From an uncultured Rivularia sp. (GTDB lineage: Bacteria; Cyanobacteriota; Cyanobacteriia; Cyanobacteriales; Nostocaceae), in assembly GCA_963665115.1 (NCBI GenBank), contig OY762007.1, positions 6,176,001-6,240,000 on the forward strand: a DNA stretch of 64,000 bases. Direction: 5' to 3'. The notes under the pieces were generated by a model that was not told the origin of the DNA, searched no databases, and saw only the letters and a program-made list of their open reading frames with translations. A program made the translations under genes and the position numbers. Shown piece by piece: positions 32,757-43,000 of this stretch; within the stretch, counting starts at the first letter, position 1; every line of letters begins with the position of its first letter.

Positions 32757-33470
32757 CTAATTGATAGAAAAATCTTCAACAAACTTTTGTCTTGTCAGCG
32801 GTTCTGCTAATACTAACCCTTCACCACCAAGGGGATTTTCTTCATCTAATAATTCATCTTCAACAGAAAGATAAACATTAGCTGATTCTTCAATACTTGA
32901 AGCAGTGTAAAGTACTTGAGCTACACGATAAATCATCGAAGTGGAGCCACCACCATAGCGAAATTCATCGGACAGATTTACATGAATTCCTGTTTCATCA
33001 ATTCGTAAACCCAATAATTTGGTTCCTGCGGGAATTGTCGAAGTAAATTGATTGTTTTGAGTTGTATCGAAAAGTTGGTTCAAAGCTTTTTCTAATGCAA
33101 CTTCTTTCGATGCTCCCTTTTCAATCGCAACCGATCGGGGAATCAAACTAATTTTTTCATCTTCGACTTGCAATAAGTAAGCTTTCGGCTGTAACTCTAT
33201 TGCGACTGTAGTTTCCTTGGGAGTTAATTTTTCAGTTTGTTTGGGAATTGTAAATGGAACAGTTGGTTTTGGAACTGTATTGTTTTCTTTGGTGATGGGC
33301 GATTTTTTGACTTGTTCGGGTGTGGGAGTTGTAATTGTTTCTGTAGAAGTAGAATTTTGATTGACATTTATACTATTCAACCAAACTACAGTTACAACTA
33401 AACTGAGTAATGACAGTATGTAAATGATGAAAAAGTTTGGATAAACCGGACGGGTATTTTGGGTTTTCAT
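32757..33470 (-). CDS. GerMN-domain membrane-anchored protein
   Basis: N-terminal TM helix; STIPAGTKLL, VNLSDEF.GGGSTSM..RVAQVLYTA. Confidence 0.85.
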   Translation of the reverse strand: MKTQNTRPVYPNFFIIYILSLLSLVVTVVWLNSINVNQNSTSTETITTPTPEQVKKSPITKENNTVPKPTVPFTIPKQTEKLTPKETTVAIELQPKAYLLQVEDEKISLIPRSVAIEKGASKEVALEKALNQLFDTTQNNQFTSTIPAGTKLLGLRIDETGIHVNLSDEFRYGGGSTSMIYRVAQVLYTASSIEESANVYLSVEDELLDEENPLGGEGLVLAEPLTRQKFVEDFSIN

Positions 33471-33581
33471 AATTTTTTCTCCTGCATTGTTAATGAGTAA
33501 ATTATTAAATTTCAGATTTACCCCAATACCTCATCCTGGAAAACATCCTGTATATTCTTTTAAAGTTATTTAACTGGTAGA

Positions 33582-34274
33582 TTACGAAGGTGCATTAATA
33601 TCGGCTTCAGTACGAGCGTGCATAGTTTCTTGTAGATGTTCTCTGTGTTGAAGTTGCTTGTTCATACTTAATCTTGCTGATTCTGAAATTTCAGCATCAT
33701 GAGGATTTTCTAACTCTTCTTCAATCCGAGAATGCATTGTTTCTTCGATATGTTCTTCTTGTTGACGCTGTTTAACCATTGATTCACGCGCTCTTTCTTG
33801 CATAGTCAAATCAAGTTTGACCACATCATGTTTTTCAGTATGAGATTTGGGTAAGCTCAATGTTAAAAGACCGTTGTGAATTTCCGCTTTCACATTATTG
33901 TATTCAACGCACATCGGTAAAGGTATTATGCGTTGAAAGTGTCCGTATTCAAATTCAGTACGGTAAATACCCTTTTCGTTGTGAACTTTCTGTTCTTCGT
34001 GTTCCCCGGAAATAGAAACAGCATCTTTAGTTACATGAATATCTAAATCTTTAGGTTCAATACCGGGCACTTGAGCTTGAAGAATAAGATTGGAATCCGT
34101 TTCCTTAATTTCAATCGCTGGTTCCCAAGTTGCATTTTCCACTTTAGGAATAGAACTTAGAGCATGACTATCAGCTTTTTTAGTACTTCCATGCATAACC
34201 TCATCAAACAGATTATTCATGTGATGACGTAGAGAGTCTATCTCTTTGCGTGGATGCCAGCTTTTTTCAGACAT
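33582..34274 (-). CDS. Hsp20/alpha-crystallin small heat-shock protein with duplicated C-terminal extension
   Basis: WEPAIEIKET, VPGI, EFEYGHFQRIIPLP, NGLLTLSLPK. Confidence 0.9.
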   Translation of the reverse strand: MSEKSWHPRKEIDSLRHHMNNLFDEVMHGSTKKADSHALSSIPKVENATWEPAIEIKETDSNLILQAQVPGIEPKDLDIHVTKDAVSISGEHEEQKVHNEKGIYRTEFEYGHFQRIIPLPMCVEYNNVKAEIHNGLLTLSLPKSHTEKHDVVKLDLTMQERARESMVKQRQQEEHIEETMHSRIEEELENPHDAEISESARLSMNKQLQHREHLQETMHARTEADINAPS

Positions 34275-34340
34275 ATATTTCCTCCCTGCAATCCCGATAA
34301 CAATTTAGATTAGCGAGCCTTTTTTCTTGGCTCTACTTTT

Positions 34341-34373
34341 AAAGTAGGAAAATAATTTGAGGAACTTGTGAGG
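34341..34373 (-). promoter_or_regulatory. CCTCA-box promoter 1 (hsp20)
   Basis: CCTCAcaagttCCTCA-N11-TACTTT on the minus strand. Confidence 0.75.
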
Positions 34374-34448
34374 AAGGAAGAGTGAGTGAGTGAGGGAGGG
34401 AGAGAAAAATAAATGATTTATGACTCGCTACTTGCTACTCGCTACTCA

Positions 34449-34832
34449 TTACTCATTCTCCCAAGCAAGAATCTGGGAAATTTCTTGGGCTAATGTTAGG
34501 GGGCTAAAGGGTTTGGCGATCGCCGCTTTAATTCCTAAATCATCATAGCGGCTACGGTCAGCATTTTGTACTTTAGCTGTAAGCAAAATCACTGGTATTT
34601 GCTTAGTTGTTGAATTTTCTTGTAAATATTTAAAAGTGGTAATGCCGTCCATATCTGGCATCATTACGTCTAAAAGGATAGCATCTGGTTTTTCGATTTC
34701 GGCTTTTTTAATTCCTTCTATTCCAGAACTTGCTGTCACAACTTGCCATTTGGCGGTAGTCTGCAAACAAATTTTGGTAACTTCTCTAATGTATTCTTCG
34801 TTATCAACTACTAATATCTTTTTCGCTGCCAT
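34449..34832 (-). CDS. Single-domain response regulator (RcaF/CheY-like)
   Basis: ILVVDNE, PDAILLDVMMPDMDG, LLTAK, KPF. Confidence 0.9.
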   Translation of the reverse strand: MAAKKILVVDNEEYIREVTKICLQTTAKWQVVTASSGIEGIKKAEIEKPDAILLDVMMPDMDGITTFKYLQENSTTKQIPVILLTAKVQNADRSRYDDLGIKAAIAKPFSPLTLAQEISQILAWENE

Positions 34833-34889
34833 TATTAATATAAATATTTTGTAATCGTTTTTCTTATACTTACTGCTCAAAGTTAACTA

Positions 34890-37800
34890 TTAACTGTTAA
34901 CTGGTAAAGTGAAATAAAAAGTGCTACCAACTCCTACAGTACTATCAGTCCAAATTTTACCTCCATGCATCTCTACTATACTGCGACAAATTGCTAAACC
35001 TAAACCAGTACCTTCGTGATTGCGAGAATCTGAAGAATCTACTTGTTGAAAACGCTCGAAAATAATTTCTAATTTATCTTCGGGGATACCACGTCCGCTA
35101 TCTTGAACTGTAATTAATATTTCTGAATTTTGCTCGGTTGCTGTTAAACGAACTGTACCACCAGGCTCGGAAAATCGAATTGCGTTACTAAGTAAGTTTG
35201 TCAAAATTTGAATAAAGCGATCGGCATCTACCAGCACTTGTAAAGAAAAATTCTCTACTAATAATTTGACTTGCGCTTTATCGGCTAAAGGTTGAACTAA
35301 ATTTAGTGCTTGTGTTATTAATTCGGTTAGATCGCAGCTTTGCTTAGACATTGTGATTTTTCCCGATTCAATGCGTTCGACATCGAGAATATCGTTAATC
35401 AACCTGACTAAACGCTCGGTGCTATTAGTTGCAATTTTTACTAAGCGTTTGCCATCGTCGGAAGATATAGGTATTAAATCCGTACTTAGCATTCCCAACG
35501 AACCATGAATCGAAGTTAAAGGAGTACGGAGTTCGTGAGAAACTACCGAAACAAAATCATTTTTCATCCGCTCAATCTGTTTGCGATTGCTTACATCTTG
35601 CAAGTAAACGGTATAAACAGTTTTGTTGCCTAAATTTAACTTAGAAATAGAAGCTTCTGCTGGAAATTCACTACCATCCTTACGTTTACCGTAAATTTCA
35701 CTACGTTCCCCCATTCTTCGAGATTTGGCTGATGATTTTCCAAAATTATCAACATGATGACGGTGAGCTTGTATCGAACGTTGTGGTAAAAGTAAATCTA
35801 AAGGTTTTCCCAGTACTTCCGCAACAGAATAACCAAAAATTTGTTCGGCACCTTGATTAAATAAAGTAATACACTGATTGGTATCAATACAAATGATTGC
35901 ATCCGAGGCAATTTCTACAATCCCAGCAAATTGCGCTTGCGCTCGCTGACGCTCTCCTAATTCTAATTGTAAAGACTCGTTCATTTTAACTAATTCTGCT
36001 GTCCGTTCGGCTACTCTGTTTTTTAACTCTTCCGATTTTTTACGTAAAGTAGTTTCTGTAAAAGTTTTTTCTATAGCACCGGAAAGCAGGTTTGCAATAG
36101 CTTGTAAAAAATGAATGTCATCTTGGTTGAAGTCACGCGAATGATTCGTATATACACCTAAAACGCCATAATTACCGTCAATTGCAAAAATTGGCACGCT
36201 TGCACCGCTAATAATTCCATGTTCTTCTAATAAAGTCGGGCTGTTAAACCGAGTTTCTTGGCGCAAGTCTTCGACAATAACAGATTCTCTGGTTACTAGC
36301 GAATCATTAAAACTTAACAGCGCTAATCCTACTAACCCTTCATTCCACCCAACTCCCGCACGCAGCAACATCGCATTACCCGACGGTAAGATTTCCAAGA
36401 CATGACAAAATTCTACACCTAAACTTTGAGCAACCAGCGCTACAGTTTCATCCATTAAAGTAGATATATCTTTATTCGTTAAAGCCGACTGTCCCAATTT
36501 CGCTACAGTTGCTTGTTGTTTAACTTTGATTTTTATTAAATGATTAATCTTTTCTCTTTCGGCTTCAGCTTGCTTTTGCGTGGTGATATCTCGCGTTATC
36601 GCCAATTGAACTAATTCACCATTTTCCGGATTGAATAAAGGTACCCCATGAGTTTCTAAAATCCGGTGACTTCCTTGAGAGCCGATTATTTCAAATTCCA
36701 AGCTCCCTTTATTACCCTGACAAACGCTTTTATTGAAATCTTCAAAAGCTTGACGATATTCGGGTGAAATTAGAGAATAAATATTTTGACCAATTACAGT
36801 TTCGTCAGCTTCAATCATCTCGAAACCAGCGGGATTCATTTCTAATAAAGTTCCATCGGCAGCAATCAACTTAATACATTCAGGTGAAGTCTCAAATATT
36901 TTTTGCCAGCGTTCCGATTCGGTATTATTAAGTTTTTCCCGTTCTTTGATTATCCGCTGTTGGGATTTAATTCTTTCCAAACGGTTGACAATTCGGGTAA
37001 CTAATTCTGGTCCCACAATCGGCTTACTAACGAAATCATCTGCACCAACGCTAAAAACTTGGTTGACAATTTCAGCTTCATTATGAACTGTTAAAAACAA
37101 AACTGGTAGTTCGCTCCAGCGTGAATGATTGCGGACTTCATTACAAAGTTCAATACCGCTAAACCCAGGCATTTCTACATCTAGAATTAATAAATCAGGC
37201 TGTATTGCTTCTAAGCTTTCCCAAAATAAACCCGGTTCAGAAAGAGTTTTAACTGTAATTCCCCAATGTTTGAGTAATTTTTGCAATACTTCTAAAATCT
37301 TTGGGTCATCATCTACAGCTAATACCGTTGCTTGGGCATCTTCTGACTTTTTTATTAATTGCGCCGCAGTTTCTAAAATTTGTTCTGAGGATGCAGACTT
37401 GTGCAGTTTGATGTTTTCACCATTATGGGGAAATGGCATTCCTGTATTTGCGTCTGCTTCTTTAGTTAAAACTATTACAGGAATTGACGGTTTACGATTT
37501 TTGAATTCTGCGAATAAGCTCGAGCCGTCTTCATCTCCTAAAATATTATCATTAACTATTGCGACATTTGGATGCTCTTGATAAAGTTTCTGTCTTGCTG
37601 TAGAAATGCTATTAACAATCTTAGTTTGCAATCCTCTATCGGTAGCTTTATTGATTAAATCTTCGGGTATTTCGTCACCTTTATCAATGATTAAAAGCAA
37701 AGGACGCTCATCTAACTCATATGTATTAGTCGAAGATGTAGCCGACTTTTGTAATGGTGTATCGATTTCAGTAAGTAAAACATTTACCCAATCATTAAAT

Positions 37801-38801
37801 TGAGCAATTTGTGCTTTATCTAAAACCTTATTTTCTTTAAGTAAATGTTCAATTTTACGCGCTAATTTTGAACCATTAGGAAAGCCAAAAGTACCTAGAG
37901 AGCCAGCTAAGGTGTGTGCCTCTGCTGCTGCTTGAGAATGCAATTCGTTCGTTAAAAATTCATCATCTTGTAGTGCTTGTGCTGCTTTGAGCAATACATT
38001 TACTTGCTCGGATACTCTTCCTTTATATTTTTCCCACACACCAGCGACAGCCAAGAGAGTTTGCGCTTTAGTTACTTGAGTCGATGTTTCTTCCTCATCT
38101 CCTTGTTCCTTTGTCTCCTTCTTCTCTTCCTGGGGTTTTAATCTATAACCAATACCATATACAGTTTCAATTAAATTACCAGGGGCACCTGCTGCTTTGA
38201 GCTTCATTCGCAATCCTTTTATATGAGTACGAACGGCTTCTTCCGAAGGAATATCTTCGTAAGACCATAAATGCTCTAAAATCATTCCACAGCTAAATAC
38301 ACGGCGGCTGTTGCGTAAAAATAGCTCTAATAATGAATATTCTTTGGGAGTTAAAGATAAATTTTCTGTGTCATAATCAACTTCACAACTAGTAGGGTCG
38401 AGTCGTAAATTACCCCATTCTAATATTGGCTGTAGATTTACTTTTCCTCTTCGTAATAATGCTCTAACACGAGCTACTAATTCCTCTTCCTCAAAAGGTT
38501 TTACTACATAGTCATCTGCACCAGCATCCAAACCAGTTGCTTTTTCATGGGGACTATTACATCCCGTTACCAGCATGATAGGAAGTAACCAGCCACCAGA
38601 ACGGATTTTCTTGCAAAGGCTAATACCATCCAGCTTCGGCAACGTTATATCTAAAATAATTAAATCGTAGTCAAAAGCTTGAACTAATTCCCAACCTGCT
38701 TCTCCATCGTAAGCGACTTCAACTGCATAATTGTGTTGAGTTAGCACCGCACTTAAGGCTTGAGCTACAAGTTGATCGTCTTCGACAACTAGAATTTTCA
38801 T
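34890..38801 (-). CDS. Hybrid regulator-kinase: REC-OmpR wHTH-Hpt-REC-REC-PAS-GAF-PAS-HisKA-HATPase
   Basis: MKILVVEDD; LTPKEYSLLE..VRTHIKGLR..IETVYGIGY; AHTLAGSLGTFG; SHELRTPL; NLLSNA; DSGRGI; GTGLGL. Confidence 0.9.
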   Translation of the reverse strand: MKILVVEDDQLVAQALSAVLTQHNYAVEVAYDGEAGWELVQAFDYDLIILDITLPKLDGISLCKKIRSGGWLLPIMLVTGCNSPHEKATGLDAGADDYVVKPFEEEELVARVRALLRRGKVNLQPILEWGNLRLDPTSCEVDYDTENLSLTPKEYSLLELFLRNSRRVFSCGMILEHLWSYEDIPSEEAVRTHIKGLRMKLKAAGAPGNLIETVYGIGYRLKPQEEKKETKEQGDEEETSTQVTKAQTLLAVAGVWEKYKGRVSEQVNVLLKAAQALQDDEFLTNELHSQAAAEAHTLAGSLGTFGFPNGSKLARKIEHLLKENKVLDKAQIAQFNDWVNVLLTEIDTPLQKSATSSTNTYELDERPLLLIIDKGDEIPEDLINKATDRGLQTKIVNSISTARQKLYQEHPNVAIVNDNILGDEDGSSLFAEFKNRKPSIPVIVLTKEADANTGMPFPHNGENIKLHKSASSEQILETAAQLIKKSEDAQATVLAVDDDPKILEVLQKLLKHWGITVKTLSEPGLFWESLEAIQPDLLILDVEMPGFSGIELCNEVRNHSRWSELPVLFLTVHNEAEIVNQVFSVGADDFVSKPIVGPELVTRIVNRLERIKSQQRIIKEREKLNNTESERWQKIFETSPECIKLIAADGTLLEMNPAGFEMIEADETVIGQNIYSLISPEYRQAFEDFNKSVCQGNKGSLEFEIIGSQGSHRILETHGVPLFNPENGELVQLAITRDITTQKQAEAEREKINHLIKIKVKQQATVAKLGQSALTNKDISTLMDETVALVAQSLGVEFCHVLEILPSGNAMLLRAGVGWNEGLVGLALLSFNDSLVTRESVIVEDLRQETRFNSPTLLEEHGIISGASVPIFAIDGNYGVLGVYTNHSRDFNQDDIHFLQAIANLLSGAIEKTFTETTLRKKSEELKNRVAERTAELVKMNESLQLELGERQRAQAQFAGIVEIASDAIICIDTNQCITLFNQGAEQIFGYSVAEVLGKPLDLLLPQRSIQAHRHHVDNFGKSSAKSRRMGERSEIYGKRKDGSEFPAEASISKLNLGNKTVYTVYLQDVSNRKQIERMKNDFVSVVSHELRTPLTSIHGSLGMLSTDLIPISSDDGKRLVKIATNSTERLVRLINDILDVERIESGKITMSKQSCDLTELITQALNLVQPLADKAQVKLLVENFSLQVLVDADRFIQILTNLLSNAIRFSEPGGTVRLTATEQNSEILITVQDSGRGIPEDKLEIIFERFQQVDSSDSRNHEGTGLGLAICRSIVEMHGGKIWTDSTVGVGSTFYFTLPVNS

Positions 38802-39046
38802 AGTTTGTGGCAATTGAAATTGGATAAAGCTTTTGAACAGCAAATTTTAACGATTAACGATAAAACGCTTTCCCATCTTTATTTTAGAATAAAAGATAAA
38901 CATAACCTGACTTTCGTTAACAAAATAATTTTTATTTAAGCATTTTATACGTATTTGTAAATATTAATGATTAAGAGCATATTTTTAGGATAAAATAACT
39001 ACATTTTTCTTGGCTATTCATCAATTTAATGAATCTTGAAGCCTCT

Positions 39047-39079
39047 CCTCACAACTTCCTCAAATTTTAGATTTAACCT
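39047..39079 (+). promoter_or_regulatory. CCTCA-box promoter 2 (usp)
   Basis: CCTCAcaacttCCTCA-N11-TAACCT. Confidence 0.75.
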
Positions 39080-39154
39080 TAAATTAGATGGTTTAGTAAC
39101 AGCGGCAATTATCAAGATATTTCTTTTTGCATTGCTATAGAAGAGGTAAATAAT

Positions 39155-39685
39155 ATGTTTAATAAAATTTTAGTTGCCATAGACGATGGAGATACCAATC
39201 AAAATGTTTTACGTGAAGCTATTTCTTTAGCTGTCTTCACCAATGCCCAACTAATACTGACACACGTAGTACCCCCTTTTAGTGAAATATATCCCGAACC
39301 TGGATATATTGCTGCACATGGTTATCATCCGACCATACATGGTGAAACTACAATGAAATACTATATGGAAAGATTGGAAGCTTTAGAACAAAAAGGCAGC
39401 GAATTGTTACAATCCTTTGCTAATAAAGCCAAAGCTTGCGGTGTGAAAGTTGAAGTTATTCAAGCTACTGGTTCTCCTGGATTTATGATTTGTAAAGTTG
39501 CAAGCGGTCGAAAGGTTGACTTAATTTTGATAGGTCGTCATGGACGTACCGGATTAGCTGAATTTTTCTTGGGTAGTGTTAGCAATTACGTCCTACATCA
39601 TGCACCTTGTTCTGTTTTGACAATTCAAGGACCAATTCATGAAGATGCAACTGATTCTTTAGTAATGGAAGCGGCTTCTATGTAA
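39155..39685 (+). CDS. Universal stress protein
   Basis: MFNKILVAID; GRHGRTG..LGSVSNYVLHHAPCSVL. Confidence 0.93.
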   Translation: MFNKILVAIDDGDTNQNVLREAISLAVFTNAQLILTHVVPPFSEIYPEPGYIAAHGYHPTIHGETTMKYYMERLEALEQKGSELLQSFANKAKACGVKVEVIQATGSPGFMICKVASGRKVDLILIGRHGRTGLAEFFLGSVSNYVLHHAPCSVLTIQGPIHEDATDSLVMEAASM

Positions 39686-39827
39686 TTTGAAAATATTTGA
39701 TATTAAACAATATACACCTCCCAACTGTTTAGGGGGGGTGTTCTGTTAAGAGTAATGTGATTATCAACATTGTCACCCATAAGAATGAGAAGTATTTAAG
39801 TTTTTTATCAGCAGATATTCCAAACAA

Positions 39828-40079
39828 TCAAGAAGATGAACGAAATAATGGTTGACGATAATTGACAATGTTGTTTCTTCTGAAAGTAAAGAGAGAATTG
39901 TCTTTTTTCAATGGATTAAATTTTATTGGCAATTCTCCGGGTATCGTCTCTAATGATGAAACTGATTGTTTGGAGGTACATACTGGCATAGCTTGCCAAC
40001 AACTTCGACAAAACCAGTAAATTCCACTAGCATCTGCATGAGACAAAAGTATGTCTTTACAGCAAGGACAATAATTCAT
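39828..40079 (-). CDS. Small Zn-ribbon protein
   Basis: CPCC..YWFCRSCWQAMP; GAGGA RBS. Confidence 0.7.
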   Translation of the reverse strand: MNYCPCCKDILLSHADASGIYWFCRSCWQAMPVCTSKQSVSSLETIPGELPIKFNPLKKDNSLFTFRRNNIVNYRQPLFRSSS

Positions 40080-40124
40080 GATTCTTTTAATCCTCAGTAA
40101 AAAACAGCAGATAATCTACTTTTA

Positions 40125-40157
40125 ATCATAAATTTAAAATTTGAGGAACTTGTGAGG
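40125..40157 (-). promoter_or_regulatory. CCTCA-box promoter 3 (Zn-ribbon gene)
   Basis: CCTCAcaagttCCTCA-N11-TATGAT. Confidence 0.75.
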
Positions 40158-40265
40158 AAGAAAGTCAAAGGGGGTAGAGGGGGTAGAAGGAGTGAGGGAG
40201 GGAGGGAAATTAATAATTTATAATTCCGCGCCTCATAACTCATAATTCCTAACTCTTAAAAGCAC

Positions 40266-40298
40266 CCTCACAAAATCCTCAAATTAACCAACTATAAA
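40266..40298 (+). promoter_or_regulatory. CCTCA-box promoter 4 (ppsA)
   Basis: CCTCAcaaaatCCTCA-N11-TATAAA. Confidence 0.7.
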
Positions 40299-40352
40299 AA
40301 TATTTGTGTGGGATAAGAAGAACGTCCAAGTCAGTATTGCTCAAATTGAGTT

Positions 40353-42836
40353 ATGGAAGGTCAAGCTATGCGAAACACAGTGGCTAATCAAAAATCGGAA
40401 CGTCTTCGTTCTACCGAACAAGCTTTAGTACTACCTTTTGATGAAGTTGGAATTGCTGATATATCTAAAGTTGGCGGAAAGAATGCTTCTTTAGGTGAAA
40501 TGATTCGTCAACTTCAACCCAAAGGTGTAAAAGTCCCTACCGGGTTTGCGACTACAGCTGACGCTTATCGGTATTTTATCTCTTCGGCAGGATTGGAAAC
40601 GAAACTTAGAGAAATATTTGCAGATTTAGATGTAGAGGATATTAGCAACCTGCGAGAACGAGGTAGGAAAGCTAGAATTTTGATGTTGCAAACTTCTTTT
40701 CCTAAAGAATTAGAACAAGCAATAGCCGAAGCTTACCAAAATCTCTGCAACCATTACGGTACCGATACCGATGTCGCAGTTCGTTCCAGTGCTACCGCTG
40801 AAGATTTACCCGATGCTAGTTTTGCAGGACAACAAGAAACTTATCTCAACGTTCACGGATTACCCGATGTTTTGCAATCTTGTCACAAGTGTTTTGCATC
40901 CATTTTTACTGATAGAGCCATTTCATACCGACAAATCAAAGGCTTTGACCATTTTGATGTAGCCCTTTCTGTCGGCGTGCAAAAAATGGTACGTTCTGAT
41001 TTATCAACTTCTGGTGTGATGTTTTCCATCGATACCGAAACTGGTTTTAAAGATGCTGCGTTGATTACAGCAGCATACGGTTTGGGTGAAAATGTCGTGC
41101 AAGGTGCCGTGAATCCCGATGAGTATCTGGTATTTAAACCGACATTAAAACAAGGTTATCGTCCCATTTTAGAAAAACGTTTGGGAAGCAAAGAAATCAA
41201 GATGGTTTACGAGATGGGTGGGACAAAATTAACTAAAAATATTCCCGTACCCGTTAGCGATCGCCATTTATTTGCTTTATCAAATGAAGAGATTTTACAG
41301 TTAGCTCATTGGGCTTGTTTAATCGAAGAACACTACTCTAAAGTGCGCGGTACCTATACCCCGATGGATATCGAATGGGCAAAAGACGGTATCACCAACG
41401 AGTTATTTATCGTCCAAGCTCGTCCCGAAACGGTACAGTCACAGAAGGTTAATAACGTTCTACGTACCTATCACTTTGTCAAAGGTAATAATTCATCCCC
41501 CCTTCCCCCTCTCCCCCCCTCTCCCCATCCTCTCCTCACTGGACGCAGCGTAGGTTCGGCAATCGGACAAGGTAAAGCCAAAGTAATCCTTGATGTAAAT
41601 AATCTCAATCTGTTTGAGGAAGGAGACGTACTGATAACAAATCGTACTGACCCCGATTGGGAACCGATTATGAAAAAAGCTGCTGCCATAGTAACTAATT
41701 CTGGCGGTCGTACTTGTCACAGCGCTATTATTGCTAGAGAATTAGGAATTCCGGCAGTAGTTGGTTGTGGTAATGCTACTACAACTTTAACAACAGGAGA
41801 AGATATCACCGTTTCTTGTGCTGAAGGTGAAACGGGTAAAGTTTATCGTGGTTTATTACCTTATGAAGTAGAAGAAATTCATTTGGAAAAATTGCCCCAT
41901 ATCCCCACAAAAATAATGATGAATGTGGGTAATCCCGAAGAAGCTTTTGGTTTAAGTGCTATACCTAACTCGGGTGTGGGACTTGCAAGGATGGAATTCA
42001 TTATTGCTAACCATATCAAAGCCCACCCATTAGCATTAATTAACTTTCATGAGTTGACAGATAAATTTGAGAAATCCAAAATTTTTGAATTAACTCGTAA
42101 TTACGAAGATAAAACGCAATTCTTTGTAGATAAATTAGCGAGAGGAATCGGAACTATAGCCGCAGCATTTTATCCTAAACCTGTAATTGTCCGTTTAAGT
42201 GATTTCAAAAGTAACGAATATTCCAATCTTTTGGGTGGAAAACAATTTGAACCCCACGAAGAAAATCCGATGTTAGGATGGCGAGGTGCTTCTCGTTATT
42301 ACGATCCAAAATACCGCGAAGGTTTTGCTTTAGAATGTCGGGCTATGAAACGAGTACGAGACGAAATGGGTTTAACCAACGTGATTTTAATGGTTCCATT
42401 TTGTCGCACTCCCGAAGAAGGTAGCCGTGTATTAGCAGAGATGGCTAAAAACGGTTTAGTTAAAGGTGAAAACGGCTTACAAGTTTATGTAATGTGCGAA
42501 TTACCTTCTAACGTCCAGCTAGCAGATGAATTTTGCGAAGTTTTCGACGGTTTTTCTATCGGTTCCAATGATTTAACTCAGCTAACCCTTGGTTTAGATA
42601 GAGATTCGGAATTAGTAGCGCATTTATTTGACGAACGCAACGAAGCAGTCAAGCGGATGATAGCTAAAGCAATAACAACCGTCAAACAAAACGGACGTAA
42701 AATCGGTATCTGCGGACAAGCACCCAGCGACTATCCCGAATTTGCTCGCTTTTTAGTAGAGCAAGGAATTGATTCAATGAGTCTTAATCCGGATTCGGTG
42801 TTGAAGACGCTTTTAGAAATTGCTTCGATGGAGTAG
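40353..42836 (+). CDS. ppsA: Phosphoenolpyruvate synthase
   Basis: GGKNASLGEM, VRSSATAEDLPDASFAGQQET, GGRTCHSAI, GFSIGSNDLTQ, GICGQAPSD. Confidence 0.96.
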   Translation: MEGQAMRNTVANQKSERLRSTEQALVLPFDEVGIADISKVGGKNASLGEMIRQLQPKGVKVPTGFATTADAYRYFISSAGLETKLREIFADLDVEDISNLRERGRKARILMLQTSFPKELEQAIAEAYQNLCNHYGTDTDVAVRSSATAEDLPDASFAGQQETYLNVHGLPDVLQSCHKCFASIFTDRAISYRQIKGFDHFDVALSVGVQKMVRSDLSTSGVMFSIDTETGFKDAALITAAYGLGENVVQGAVNPDEYLVFKPTLKQGYRPILEKRLGSKEIKMVYEMGGTKLTKNIPVPVSDRHLFALSNEEILQLAHWACLIEEHYSKVRGTYTPMDIEWAKDGITNELFIVQARPETVQSQKVNNVLRTYHFVKGNNSSPLPPLPPSPHPLLTGRSVGSAIGQGKAKVILDVNNLNLFEEGDVLITNRTDPDWEPIMKKAAAIVTNSGGRTCHSAIIARELGIPAVVGCGNATTTLTTGEDITVSCAEGETGKVYRGLLPYEVEEIHLEKLPHIPTKIMMNVGNPEEAFGLSAIPNSGVGLARMEFIIANHIKAHPLALINFHELTDKFEKSKIFELTRNYEDKTQFFVDKLARGIGTIAAAFYPKPVIVRLSDFKSNEYSNLLGGKQFEPHEENPMLGWRGASRYYDPKYREGFALECRAMKRVRDEMGLTNVILMVPFCRTPEEGSRVLAEMAKNGLVKGENGLQVYVMCELPSNVQLADEFCEVFDGFSIGSNDLTQLTLGLDRDSELVAHLFDERNEAVKRMIAKAITTVKQNGRKIGICGQAPSDYPEFARFLVEQGIDSMSLNPDSVLKTLLEIASME

Positions 42837-42864
42837 GTAATGGGGAGAAAGAGTTAGTACCACC

Positions 42865-42996
42865 GGAGTTAGGAGTTAAGAGTTAATAATTATTAATTCA
42901 AAGCCCAATCCCCAATTCCCAATTCCCAATCCCCAATTCCTAGCAACTAACAACCAACAACTAACCACTAACAACTAACAACTAACAACTAACTAT
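42865..42996. repeat. STRR heptamer repeats (CCCAATT, CAACTAA); similar tracts at about 49652-49765, 52678-52780, 53820-53994 and 58848-58960
   Basis: Visible tandem heptamers. Confidence 0.75.
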
Positions 42997-43000
42997 TATT

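Noticed and set aside
36050..36520. GAF domain of the hybrid kinase as a cyanobacteriochrome photosensor
   Set aside because: I see no bilin-binding CH/DXCF-type motif.
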